A stretch of DNA of 63,349 nt, the filler included, from Anaerolineae bacterium (GTDB lineage: Bacteria > Chloroflexota > Anaerolineae > Epilineales > Epilineaceae), in NCBI GenBank assembly GCA_029262755.1. It is 7 parts of 7 records of this genome, joined end to end, with 100 filler letters (N's around TTAATTAATTAA, not from the genome) between each part and the next. Parts side by side here need not be neighbours in the genome. Positions count along the whole stretch, not along the records: positions 16,039 to 29,682 come from JAJCYU010000264.1; 6 more parts are not named here. One strand, written 5' to 3'. Positions within the stretch are counted from its first letter, which is position 1. The number at the start of each line of letters is the position of its first letter. The translations under genes were made by a program, and so were the position numbers. Below are positions 17,536 through 26,465 of this stretch, in pieces. The notes under the pieces were generated by a model. The model worked only from the letters and a program-made list of their open reading frames with translations, searched no databases and was not told the DNA's origin.

Positions 17536-20500
17536 ATGACCCGATTGACCCGTCTTGCCCTGAACCTTCCTTCCATTACCTTCCTGTTGATGGCCGCCCT
17601 TGTTGTGGCGGGTATCTTCAGCGCCTATGCGCTGAATCAGGAGCTCGTGCCGGACGTCCAGGCGCCTCAAGCCACGATCGTCGTGGTCTATCCGGGCGCC
17701 TCGGCGGACGAGGTGACCAACAGTGTCGTCGCGCCGATCGAGGACGCGATGGAGGAGATCACCGAAATCGAGGTGCTCGAGGTGAGCTCCTTGGCCTCGG
17801 AGTCATTCGCCGCCATCACGGTCTTGTCGGAGTTCGGTATCGATCAGGATGAGATCGAGACCGCGATCGAAGAGAAACTCTCCGACGTCGACTTGCCCGA
17901 TGACGCGGAAGAACCCGAGATTATCCTCTTCAACTTCCAAGACCTGCCGGTGCTGCAGTCGAGCATCAGCGGCGACATTGACGTCCGCGAGTTGCAGCGA
18001 CTGCTCGAAGACGAGATCGTCCCGGAGCTGGAGAAGGTCCCCGGCGTTAGTAGCGTCTCGGTTACCGGCAGCAGCGATGACAAGATATTCCTGCGGCTGG
18101 ACCCGGACGCGCTCGACGAACTCGGCGTTTCTGTTGATCAGATTCGCAACGTCTTGACCGCGAACGATCTGAGCTTTCCCGCGGGTTCGCTGCAGAGCGT
18201 GGGTCGGGTCACGCCGATCCAGGTCACGAACCGGATCGAGACCGCGGAGGCCCTACGTCGCCTGATCATCTCGACGGGCGAAGATTCCAGTGGACCGCCG
18301 GCAGGCGGTCCGCCCGGCGCCGGTGGACCGCCCGTTGGCGCCGCGCGCGCTTCCGCCCCGGCCCAGCCCCTCCCATCGACCGGGCCTTTCCCCATCGCGC
18401 CGGAGCTCCAAGCTCAGGCCCTCTTCTTCGGACTCGACCTGCGTACCACCGATGACCTCACACCCGAGGTCGTTGCCCAGCTCGAGCAGGCGGATCCCGC
18501 CTTCTTGCGCAGCGCGGCCGAACAGATCGTGGACGGGCTGCCGCCGGGCGGGTTCGCGCAATTGCCTGCGGACGTGATCGCGTCGCTGCCGGCGGACCTA
18601 CGCAACGATCTTGCGGCCCGTAGCGCGGCGAACGCCGTTTCGAGCGCCCCCGATGCGGACGCGTCTGATTCCGAGGACGAAGCGTCGGCAGAGGACGATG
18701 AGCCGTCTGAGGAGGAAGACAGGGGACGCGAGAACGCTTCCGTGGTGCGTTTGGTCATCGTCCAAGACGGGGAGACGCTGCAATCGCTCTCGGATCGCTA
18801 CGGCGTGCCGGTCACAACCATCGCAGAAGACAACGGGATTGGCACCGATGCGGAGCTCGAGGCGGGGACGGCGATTCGCATCCCGCGCTCCGCGGACGAT
18901 GCGCTGCCGCTCGTGTGGCAGCTGGTCGGCGTGGACGATGCGTCGGACATCACGCCGGATCAGCTCAACCAGGTCCTATCGATCGCACCAAACTCGCTCA
19001 ACGACCTTACGGCGGACCAGCTGCTCCGCCTCCCGCCGGAGACGATCGAGGCGCTACCGAGTGCGTTGCTCGCGCGGCAGGACGCGGACGTGCTCGACGC
19101 GTTGATTGCGCGCCGTGACGGCGAGGCGGACACGGACGAAGACCTCGCGGACGAGGACGACGAGCCGCTACCCGAGGTGGCCGACAGCGATGACCTGCCT
19201 GAGGGTTGGGTGCGCATCGGCGACGTCGCGGATGTGGTCGTCGGCCCCGAAGATGCCTCGACGATCAACCGGACGAACGGCGATACTTCGCTCGGCTTGA
19301 TCGTGCTCAAGGAGCGTTCGGCCAACACGGTGTCCGTGGTCAAGGCCGTCGAAGAGGAATTTGAAGCGCTGCAGGACGATATCCCTGAGTTCAACGCCCT
19401 CGAGGTGCGGACCGTATTCGAGCAGGCCTCCTTCATCGAGGAGTCGCTCAACGGTGTCCGCAACGAGGGCTTCCTCGGTGGCGTGTTCGCGGTGCTGATC
19501 ATCCTGCTCTTCCTCGGCTCCGTGCGCTCGACCTTGATCATCGGCATCAGCATTCCGCTCTCGATCCTCACCGCGCTGCTCTTGATGCGCGTGTTCGGGC
19601 TCTCGTTGAACCTTCTGACCCTCTCCGGCCTGACGATCGCCATCGGCCGTGTGGTCGACGACTCGATCGTTGTGTTGGAGAACATCTATCGCAACATGCA
19701 ACGCGGCGCGCGGCGCAAGGACGCGATCATCACCGGTACGCGCCAGGTGGCCGCGGCCATCACGGCGGCGACGCTCATCACGGTCGCGGTCTTCCTGCCC
19801 CTGGGCTACGTCGGCGGCCTGACGCGTGAGTTCTTCGCGCCCTTCGCGCTTACGACGGCCTTCGCGCTCTTGGCCAGCCTGATCGTGGCCGTCACCGTGA
19901 TTCCGCTGCTCGCCCGCACCTTCCTGCGCCAAGACCGATTGCCGGAAGAGCGCGAGACGTGGCTACAGCGCGTCTATACGCCCATCCTCGAATGGGCGTT
20001 GGATCACCCGTGGATCACGCTCGGCGCTTCGACGTTGATCTTTGTGGCCAGCCTCGGCCTCGCGCGGTTCATCCCCCAGAACTTCCTGGGTGCTTTCGGT
20101 GACCCTGCGATTACGGTCGAGATAAGCCTGCCCTCGGGTACGGACCTCGCCACGACCGACGCGGTGTCCCTGTTGGTCGAAGAGATCCTCGAGGACGAGG
20201 ACGACATCGAGAACTACGAGACCACGGTCGGGCGCGGCAGCACGTTCTTCGGCGCGTTCGCCGGCGGGGATCCGGGCAAAGCCTTCTTCTTCGCCAGCTT
20301 CCCGGACGACTCCGATCAGGGCTTCTTCGAGAAGCTGTTCAACGAGTCCACGGTCGACGAACCGGACACGGTCGCCAAGCGGCTTCGCGCCGATCTGCGC
20401 GCGCTCAACAGCCTGGATGAGATTGAAGAGCGGCTACCGAGCGCGGGTACCCTGACCGAAGACGAGGCGGAGCGCATCGTAACGAACTTGAGTGGGGCGG

Positions 20501-22302
20501 TCGCGGAAGCGAACCTCGAGCGCGGCTCTGCGGGCGATATATTCGACTTCACCGTGAGCGCTGGATCGAACGGTGGTCCGCCTGGCGGCGTATACGACCT
20601 GCGCGTGACCGGCGAGGACGAGGACAAGGTGCGGGAAGCGACGGGGTTGATCTTGACGGCCTTGCAAGAGCCGACCCATTGGGAAGACCTCGACTACGTG
20701 CTCGACGAAGAAGACGACAACGGCGACGAGGACGACGAGGACGACGAGGACGAGACGGAGGACGACAAGACCTTCTGGGAACGCATCTTCGATACCGGCG
20801 GCGACGACGACGATGACGACGACGACGCGACGGAGATCGGGCTGGACGACCTGCCCATCATCAACATCGGCAGCAACCTCAGCGAAGCGCGGCGGATCCT
20901 GGCCGTGGACGTCGATCCTGGGCTGGCGCTCGAGAACGGCCTCACCACGATCCAGGTCGCGTTCCAGTTGCGCGCCATCTTCGAAGGCGACGAGCTTGGG
21001 AACCTGGAGCTGGTCAACGACGGCCGCAGAGACCGGCTCGAGGTCGTGGCGACCTATCCGGACGATCTGATCACCAACAAGACCTCGTTGGAGAATTATC
21101 GTCTGAAGTCGCCCGGCGGCGACCCGGTCCGCCTCGGCGATATCGCCACGGTCGAGTTGCGCGAGGGCGCCGTGGAGATCACGCGCGTCGACGGAGAGCG
21201 CACGGCCCTGATCTCCGGCGAAATTCTGGACGAGGACGTCTTCGGGATCACGGCGGACGCCAGCTCGATCATCGACGATCTGAAGGAAGATCACGAGGAT
21301 CTCTTCGGCGACGTCAACGATGATCCGGATGACGAAGACTACGAGGAGCCGCCGGTGATCGTCGGCGCGGGTCTGGAATCGTCGCAGCAGCAGGACGGCT
21401 TCAGCGACCTGCTGCTCGCGCTGCCCGTGTCCATCCTGATCGTCTACCTGATCATGGTGGTGGAGTTTGGCTCGCTTGCCACGCCGTTCGTGATCTTGTT
21501 CAGCCTGCCCTTCGCTCTTACCGGAGCGCTCTTCGCCCTCGCGGCGACGCAGCGGGCGCTGTCCATCTCCAGCATGATCGGGGTGTTGATGCTCATCGGC
21601 ATTGTGGTCACCAATGCCATCGTCCTGCTGGATTTTGTGAAACAGTTGCGGGACGAGGGTATGGACATCCGCTCAGCGCTCGTGGAAGGCGGACGGACGC
21701 GAGTCCGGCCGATCATCATGACCGCGCTGGCCACGGTGATCGCGTTGATTCCGCTGGCTCTGGGCTTCACCGAGGGCGCCATCATCGCCGAGGAATTGGC
21801 GACGACGGTTATCGGTGGTCTGACCACCTCCACATTGCTGACGCTGGTCGTCGTGCCCGTGGTCTACCAGTTGATCAGTGGTCTCAGCGACCGCGACTTC
21901 TTCGCGGACGAGGATGGTGATGGGGGCGGAGACGGTGGTGGGGACGACCGAGGCGGAGGCTCATGGACGCCTGCGCCGCCCGAGTCCTACGAACCGGGCA
22001 GCGGCGCGCAGTCGATGGCGGCGCCCGATCCCTTCGCACCGCCTCCGCCCGTCGTGCCGCCGGTCGCACCGACGCTAGCGACGTCGCCGACACCTTCACC
22101 GGCACCCTCATCCGCTCCGTCGCCTTCGGGCTCGGTCGCGGGCACGTTGGGCGCACGGCAGGTGGGCGATGCGGCTCCGGCCGCGGACAACCTAACAGAG
22201 CGCGCGGCCCGGATCGCGCAGGCCGCCGATGATCTGGCCGACGACCTCGAAGACGAGGCGGCGGGCTGGTTCGACGAAGGGGGCGAAGGCGATGGGGCCT
22301 GA
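17536..22302 (+). CDS. RND efflux transporter permease (AcrB/SwrC-like) with large inserts including a LysM domain
   Basis: GRVVDDSIVVLEN (TM4), GIVVTNAIVLLD, RVRPIIMT, VIGGLTTSTLLTLVVVP; GGAG SD before ATG 17536; LysM at 18742-18885. Confidence 0.93.
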   Translation: MTRLTRLALNLPSITFLLMAALVVAGIFSAYALNQELVPDVQAPQATIVVVYPGASADEVTNSVVAPIEDAMEEITEIEVLEVSSLASESFAAITVLSEFGIDQDEIETAIEEKLSDVDLPDDAEEPEIILFNFQDLPVLQSSISGDIDVRELQRLLEDEIVPELEKVPGVSSVSVTGSSDDKIFLRLDPDALDELGVSVDQIRNVLTANDLSFPAGSLQSVGRVTPIQVTNRIETAEALRRLIISTGEDSSGPPAGGPPGAGGPPVGAARASAPAQPLPSTGPFPIAPELQAQALFFGLDLRTTDDLTPEVVAQLEQADPAFLRSAAEQIVDGLPPGGFAQLPADVIASLPADLRNDLAARSAANAVSSAPDADASDSEDEASAEDDEPSEEEDRGRENASVVRLVIVQDGETLQSLSDRYGVPVTTIAEDNGIGTDAELEAGTAIRIPRSADDALPLVWQLVGVDDASDITPDQLNQVLSIAPNSLNDLTADQLLRLPPETIEALPSALLARQDADVLDALIARRDGEADTDEDLADEDDEPLPEVADSDDLPEGWVRIGDVADVVVGPEDASTINRTNGDTSLGLIVLKERSANTVSVVKAVEEEFEALQDDIPEFNALEVRTVFEQASFIEESLNGVRNEGFLGGVFAVLIILLFLGSVRSTLIIGISIPLSILTALLLMRVFGLSLNLLTLSGLTIAIGRVVDDSIVVLENIYRNMQRGARRKDAIITGTRQVAAAITAATLITVAVFLPLGYVGGLTREFFAPFALTTAFALLASLIVAVTVIPLLARTFLRQDRLPEERETWLQRVYTPILEWALDHPWITLGASTLIFVASLGLARFIPQNFLGAFGDPAITVEISLPSGTDLATTDAVSLLVEEILEDEDDIENYETTVGRGSTFFGAFAGGDPGKAFFFASFPDDSDQGFFEKLFNESTVDEPDTVAKRLRADLRALNSLDEIEERLPSAGTLTEDEAERIVTNLSGAVAEANLERGSAGDIFDFTVSAGSNGGPPGGVYDLRVTGEDEDKVREATGLILTALQEPTHWEDLDYVLDEEDDNGDEDDEDDEDETEDDKTFWERIFDTGGDDDDDDDDATEIGLDDLPIINIGSNLSEARRILAVDVDPGLALENGLTTIQVAFQLRAIFEGDELGNLELVNDGRRDRLEVVATYPDDLITNKTSLENYRLKSPGGDPVRLGDIATVELREGAVEITRVDGERTALISGEILDEDVFGITADASSIIDDLKEDHEDLFGDVNDDPDDEDYEEPPVIVGAGLESSQQQDGFSDLLLALPVSILIVYLIMVVEFGSLATPFVILFSLPFALTGALFALAATQRALSISSMIGVLMLIGIVVTNAIVLLDFVKQLRDEGMDIRSALVEGGRTRVRPIIMTALATVIALIPLALGFTEGAIIAEELATTVIGGLTTSTLLTLVVVPVVYQLISGLSDRDFFADEDGDGGGDGGGDDRGGGSWTPAPPESYEPGSGAQSMAAPDPFAPPPPVVPPVAPTLATSPTPSPAPSSAPSPSGSVAGTLGARQVGDAAPAADNLTERAARIAQAADDLADDLEDEAAGWFDEGGEGDGA

Positions 22303-22363
22303 GACCGACAACCTTGGAATCCGAGCACAAGGAGCTGGGAACACGATCATGGAGATTCGAACG

Positions 22364-23464
22364 ATGAACGTCCGACTACTGGCCATCGCCATGGCCGTGC
22401 TTGCGGCAACTTTGTTCGGCGCGCAGGTCCACGCGTCGGTCCCTACACAGACCGGTGACGGCGCCCTGGAGGGCATTGTCTTCCTGGACGAAGACGGGGA
22501 CGGTCAATTGGCTGCTACCGAGGACGGGCTCGCCTCGTTCATGGTGCAGCTCGAGCGCGAGGACGATTCCATCTCCACGCGACAGACCAACCGCGGCGGC
22601 AACTACCGATTCTCCAACCTCGAGGCCGGACGCTACACCGTGCGCCTCGTCGAGCGCTCAGGCTATGCCAAGAGCGGCATCGATGTCTATCTCAACGTCG
22701 AGGTGAAGGACGACGGCCGAGCGATCGAGGGCATCGATTTCGCGGTCATCGAAGTCGACGAAGACGAGATGGACGAAGATGCAGCGGCGGACGAGGATGA
22801 AGACGCGGACGAGGATATGGACGAGGACGCGGATGAGGACGCGGACGACGACGAGGATACCGACGAAGCGATGATGAGCGCTGACGCGGACGATAGCCTC
22901 GACGCGATGGCTGCGGCCGTTGCCGGCGGCGAGCTGCCCGCGGGCATGAGCGCCGAGATGTCGGCGATGATCGCGGACCTGGACGACGCACAGGCCGAGG
23001 CGCTCTCCGATGCACTCGCCGAGCGCGACGAAGAGCAGATGGCCGATGTCGCCGCGGAGCTGAGCGACGCGCAGCGCGCCATGTTGGCCGCGGCGCTGCG
23101 CGAAAGCGGCGCCGACGACATGGCGATGGCCGCCTCCGGTGCATCTATGGATGCGGATGCGGATGCGGACGACGGCGATGACGGGGACGATGGCGATCAC
23201 GGCGATGACGATGATGATGATGAAGCCATGGACGAGGACAACGACGACCGCGAAGCCGACGTCGATGAGGATGACGGCGACGACGACGACGACGGCGACG
23301 ATGAGGGCGGCGACACGGATGATGCCGACGAGGCCGCTTCGCCTTCGAACATGCCGGAGGCCGGGTTGGCTGATTTGGGTGGCCCGGGCTTGCTCGCGCT
23401 GCTCGCGTTGGTCTTCGCGGCGGTCGGTGGCTTCGGGATGTGGCGCGAGCGCCTGCTGAACTAG
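22364..23464 (+). CDS. Exported SdrD-B/CnaB-like domain protein with an acidic low-complexity stalk and LPXTG-like anchor
   Basis: Signal peptide; 'GIVFLDEDGDG...GNYRFSNLEAGRYTV'; Asp/Glu/Met-rich stalk; MPEAG, then a TM helix and WRERLLN. Alternative start 22349. Confidence 0.8.
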   Translation: MNVRLLAIAMAVLAATLFGAQVHASVPTQTGDGALEGIVFLDEDGDGQLAATEDGLASFMVQLEREDDSISTRQTNRGGNYRFSNLEAGRYTVRLVERSGYAKSGIDVYLNVEVKDDGRAIEGIDFAVIEVDEDEMDEDAAADEDEDADEDMDEDADEDADDDEDTDEAMMSADADDSLDAMAAAVAGGELPAGMSAEMSAMIADLDDAQAEALSDALAERDEEQMADVAAELSDAQRAMLAAALRESGADDMAMAASGASMDADADADDGDDGDDGDHGDDDDDDEAMDEDNDDREADVDEDDGDDDDDGDDEGGDTDDADEAASPSNMPEAGLADLGGPGLLALLALVFAAVGGFGMWRERLLN

Positions 23465-23592
23465 ACGTAGGACGTTCGCGCGCGGCAGTACCGCTTGGCT
23501 CCCGGATTAGAGGACGAGGGCACGGTGGGTGGGAACACGCGCACGTAGAAGGACCGCAGCACACGACGAGCGTGGGGACGGATGCACGGATG

Positions 23593-23615
23593 AGGCGACC
23601 TTCGGGTCGCCTTTT
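23593..23615 (+). terminator. Intrinsic terminator
   Basis: AGGCGACC-TTCG-GGTCGCCT followed by a T-run. Confidence 0.8.
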
Positions 23616-23735
23616 CCGTTTTGTAGATCCGTTTCGTAGATCCGGTCCGGAAGGAGCCTCGCGGCCGGAAGGCTGATTGCTTGACTGGCCCCAAGAGCCG
23701 GTGCGCACGGCCCTCCGATCAGCCTCCGCGCATCG

Positions 23736-25538
23736 TCAGCCCTGCGCGTGTGGCTCGTCCTTGGTAGGTCGCACGGCGATGCCGAGGACCTTGAGGTTGG
23801 CGTCGGCAACCGGTGCCGGAGCACCCGTCATCGGATCCGAGGCGACGAGCGTCTTGGGGAACGCAATGACCTCGCGGATCGTGCGCTCGCCGGCGAGCAG
23901 CATGACGGTGCGATCCCAGCCCCAGGCGATGCCGCCGTGCGGTGGGGCGCCGTAGCTGAAGGCCTCGAGCATATGGCCGAACTCTTCCTCCGCCTGCTCC
24001 GGCGCGATGCCGAGCAGACCGAACGCGGCCAATTGAAGCTCAGGCTCGTGGATCCGGACGGAGCCACCGGCGATCTCATAGCCGTTGCACACCAGATCGT
24101 AGGCTTGCGCGCGTACGGCGGCGGGGTCGTCGGCCATGCCGGCTACGTCCTCGGGCCGGGGGGCCGTGAAGGGGTGGTGCACGGCGTCCCAGCGGTCCTC
24201 GTCCGCGTTCCACTCCACGAGAGGCGCATCGACAATCCAACAGCAGGCCAACTCGCCATCGGGGATCAACGCGAGTTGGTCGGCCAGGTCGGTGCGAAGG
24301 CGGCCTAGGGCGGCATGCGCCACGGCAGCCTCGGCGGCGACGAAGAGCAGCATCGCCCCGCCGTCCTCCGACTCGGCCTGGCGAGCCGCGATCGACGCAT
24401 GCTCGCGCATCCCTTCGATCTCTGCCTCGCTCAGGAATTTGGCGATGGGGCCGCGCACGCCCTCGGCCTCGTAGGCAAGCCAAGCAAGGCCGGCGGCGCC
24501 GCGTTGTTTGGCGGTCTCTTCCAGGGCGTCGATCTGCTTGCGGGTGAAGATTCCGGGCACAGCCAGGGCCTTCACGACGCCGCCCTTGGCGATCGTGCCC
24601 GAGAAGACCTTGAAGCCGGAACCCGCGACGACGGCGCTCAGATCAACAAGCTCCAGGCCGTAGCGTAGGTCGGGTTGGTCGGTGCCGAAGCGGGCCATGG
24701 CCTCGTCGAAGGGGATGCGCGGGAAGGGCGTCTCGCGGAAGCGCAGATGCGGCGCGACGGCGGCGGACATCTCGAGCATCAAACGCTCGTTGATCGCCAT
24801 GACGTCGTCGGCGTCGACGAAGGACAGCTCCATGTCGAGTTGGGTGAACTCCGGCTGCCGGTCGGCACGGAGATCCTCGTCACGAAAACAGCGTGCGAAC
24901 TGGTAGTAGCGGTCGACGCCGGCGACCATCAAGATCTGCTTCGTCTGCTGTGGGCTCTGCGGCAAGGCGTAGAAGCGCCCTGGATGCTCGCGGCTGGGCA
25001 CGAGGTAGTCACGCGCGCCCTCGGGCGTCGCACGGGTGAGGATGGGCGTCTCGACATCGAGGAAGGCTTCGCGGTCGAGGAAGGCGCGCGCAAAGGATGT
25101 CGCTTCGTGGCGCAGCCGTAGGTTGCGTGCCATGCGCGCGCGCCGCAGGTCGAGATAGCGGTACTGCATGCGCAGGTTCTCGTCGATGTTGAGCTCGCGG
25201 CTGACCTCGAAAGGCGGTACCTGGCTTGCGCTGAGCACGCGGAGGGCGCTCACGCGTACCTCGATACCACCGGTGTCGAGCTCCGGGTTGGCATCGATTC
25301 GCTCGCTCACCGTGCCGTCGACGGCCACGACCCATTCGTGACCAAGCGAATGCGCCGCTTCGAACGCCGCGGCGTCCACATCGGAATCGAACGTGACCTG
25401 GGTAATCCCGTGGCGATCGCGCAGATCCACAAAGACGAGCCCGCCGTGATCTCGGCGCCGATGGACCCAGCCGGCCAAGGTGACGGATGTGCCCGCGTGC
25501 GCGGCACGTAGCTCGCCGCAAGTGTGGGTGCGCAACAT
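23736..25538 (-). CDS. aspS: Aspartate--tRNA ligase (possibly non-discriminating Asp/Asn type)
   Basis: MLRTHTCGEL, RRDHGG, YRYLDLRR, FYALPQSPQ, FRDEDLRADRQPEFTQ, GAPPHGG. His in RDHGG is associated with non-discriminating enzymes. Confidence 0.97.
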   Translation of the reverse strand: MLRTHTCGELRAAHAGTSVTLAGWVHRRRDHGGLVFVDLRDRHGITQVTFDSDVDAAAFEAAHSLGHEWVVAVDGTVSERIDANPELDTGGIEVRVSALRVLSASQVPPFEVSRELNIDENLRMQYRYLDLRRARMARNLRLRHEATSFARAFLDREAFLDVETPILTRATPEGARDYLVPSREHPGRFYALPQSPQQTKQILMVAGVDRYYQFARCFRDEDLRADRQPEFTQLDMELSFVDADDVMAINERLMLEMSAAVAPHLRFRETPFPRIPFDEAMARFGTDQPDLRYGLELVDLSAVVAGSGFKVFSGTIAKGGVVKALAVPGIFTRKQIDALEETAKQRGAAGLAWLAYEAEGVRGPIAKFLSEAEIEGMREHASIAARQAESEDGGAMLLFVAAEAAVAHAALGRLRTDLADQLALIPDGELACCWIVDAPLVEWNADEDRWDAVHHPFTAPRPEDVAGMADDPAAVRAQAYDLVCNGYEIAGGSVRIHEPELQLAAFGLLGIAPEQAEEEFGHMLEAFSYGAPPHGGIAWGWDRTVMLLAGERTIREVIAFPKTLVASDPMTGAPAPVADANLKVLGIAVRPTKDEPHAQG

Positions 25539-25650
25539 GGTGATTCTCCAGAGGATGGAAGTCGATGACACGGATGCGTCGGTACCCGAGCAGGTCAGGT
25601 TGCCGTTGGACGCATCCCAAGCCATCAGGATAGCGGGCCTCACCTTCTAC

Positions 25651-25698
25651 GCACCAAAGAAAAGAGGCCCCCCGAAGGGAGCCCCTTTTCTTTGGCAC
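25651..25698 (-). terminator. Long C(UUCG)G hairpin/terminator between the sORF and aspS
   Basis: ~22-bp stem with G-U pairs that only work on the minus strand; U-rich 3' arm. Confidence 0.75.
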
Positions 25699-25711
25699 CA
25701 CCGGCCAATCG

Positions 25712-25759
25712 CTAAAGGATCAGCGCGGTGGCACCGACGTACGTACAGTGATCTTGCAT
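25712..25759 (-). CDS. Candidate 15-aa small peptide MQDHCTYVGATALIL
   Basis: AAGGAGGT SD 8 nt before the ATG; lies inside a promoter-terminator unit; not in the supplied ORF track. Confidence 0.45.
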   Translation of the reverse strand: MQDHCTYVGATALIL

Positions 25760-25843
25760 TCGACACCACCTCCTTTTTTTATGGAGTGCGGATAATTCCA
25801 GATGAAAGGGGTGATCAAGGAGATGGTCGATGTGATCGGCGAC

Positions 25844-25872
25844 AGTATGACGGAAGGCCGAGAGCCTGTCAA
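25844..25872 (-). promoter_or_regulatory. Sigma70-type promoter
   Basis: Minus strand TTGACA-17 bp-CATACT. Confidence 0.75.
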
Positions 25873-25917
25873 CCGGTTCGTGGCGGATCCTCGCACTGTC
25901 CGTAGGGGGCCGATCGC

Positions 25918-25947
25918 TTGCTCACGCGGCTGCCCGGGCGGTATACT
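25918..25947 (+). promoter_or_regulatory. Possible divergent promoter for the lipoprotein gene
   Basis: TTGCTC-18 bp-TATACT. Confidence 0.45.
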
Positions 25948-26025
25948 GCCCGCCCCCGGCCGCCCCTCCCGGCGGTCGATTTGTGCGCCACGGCGCCTCG
26001 ACCCTTGAAGCGTGGGAGTTAGACA

Positions 26026-26463
26026 ATGTCAATGATCCATTCGCGCCGACGTGCGCTCTGCTTGACCCTGCTCGCGGCAGTATTGTTGCTTCCGGCCGCG
26101 TGTTCGAGCCCCACGCCCAATTCGCCGGTGGATGCGCCTCCCGGCCTCGAGGACGGCGCCGATGCCGGTGATTCGGCTCCGGCCATGGGATTACCCACGA
26201 TGATACCGCCCGGTGGCGGCGTCGAGTTCTTTTCGATTACCGTCGAGCCGACGGATGATCTGGGCTATCCGCCTCCGCCCACGTTGACCCACGATGAGAA
26301 GAGTCTGCTGGGCTATCCCGCGCCGGGCGATGCGGCTTCGACCGACGGCGATGAGGGCGCGGGCGAAGAAGCGCCCGGAGACGGTGAAGGGGAGGACGGA
26401 AGCGGCGACGGCGACGGCGACGAGGCCGGCGACGGCGAGAGCGACAGCGGTTCCGACGGGTAG
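26026..26463 (+). CDS. Small acidic lipoprotein
   Basis: RRR, hydrophobic stretch, lipobox LPAAC; GYPPP/GYPAP motifs; Gly/Asp-rich tail. Confidence 0.75.
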   Translation: MSMIHSRRRALCLTLLAAVLLLPAACSSPTPNSPVDAPPGLEDGADAGDSAPAMGLPTMIPPGGGVEFFSITVEPTDDLGYPPPPTLTHDEKSLLGYPAPGDAASTDGDEGAGEEAPGDGEGEDGSGDGDGDEAGDGESDSGSDG

Positions 26464-26465
26464 TT

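Noticed and set aside
25575..25632. SAM-I riboswitch-like fragments (TATC...GGCAACC...GGTACC)
   Set aside because: The P2 kink-turn/pseudoknot core is missing and the downstream gene is not sulfur-related.
25720..25740. T-box-like sequence upstream of aspS
   Set aside because: On the aspS strand it reads GGTGCCACCGCG, lacking the UGGN needed to pair with tRNA NCCA. The GGTGGCACCG match is on the wrong strand, and I see no Stem I/specifier.
25651..25840. Second 6S RNA or tmRNA
   Set aside because: The length fits 6S, but the strongest pairings are local rather than a full rod, and there are no tRNA-like ends. A better 6S candidate lies at 17143-17315.
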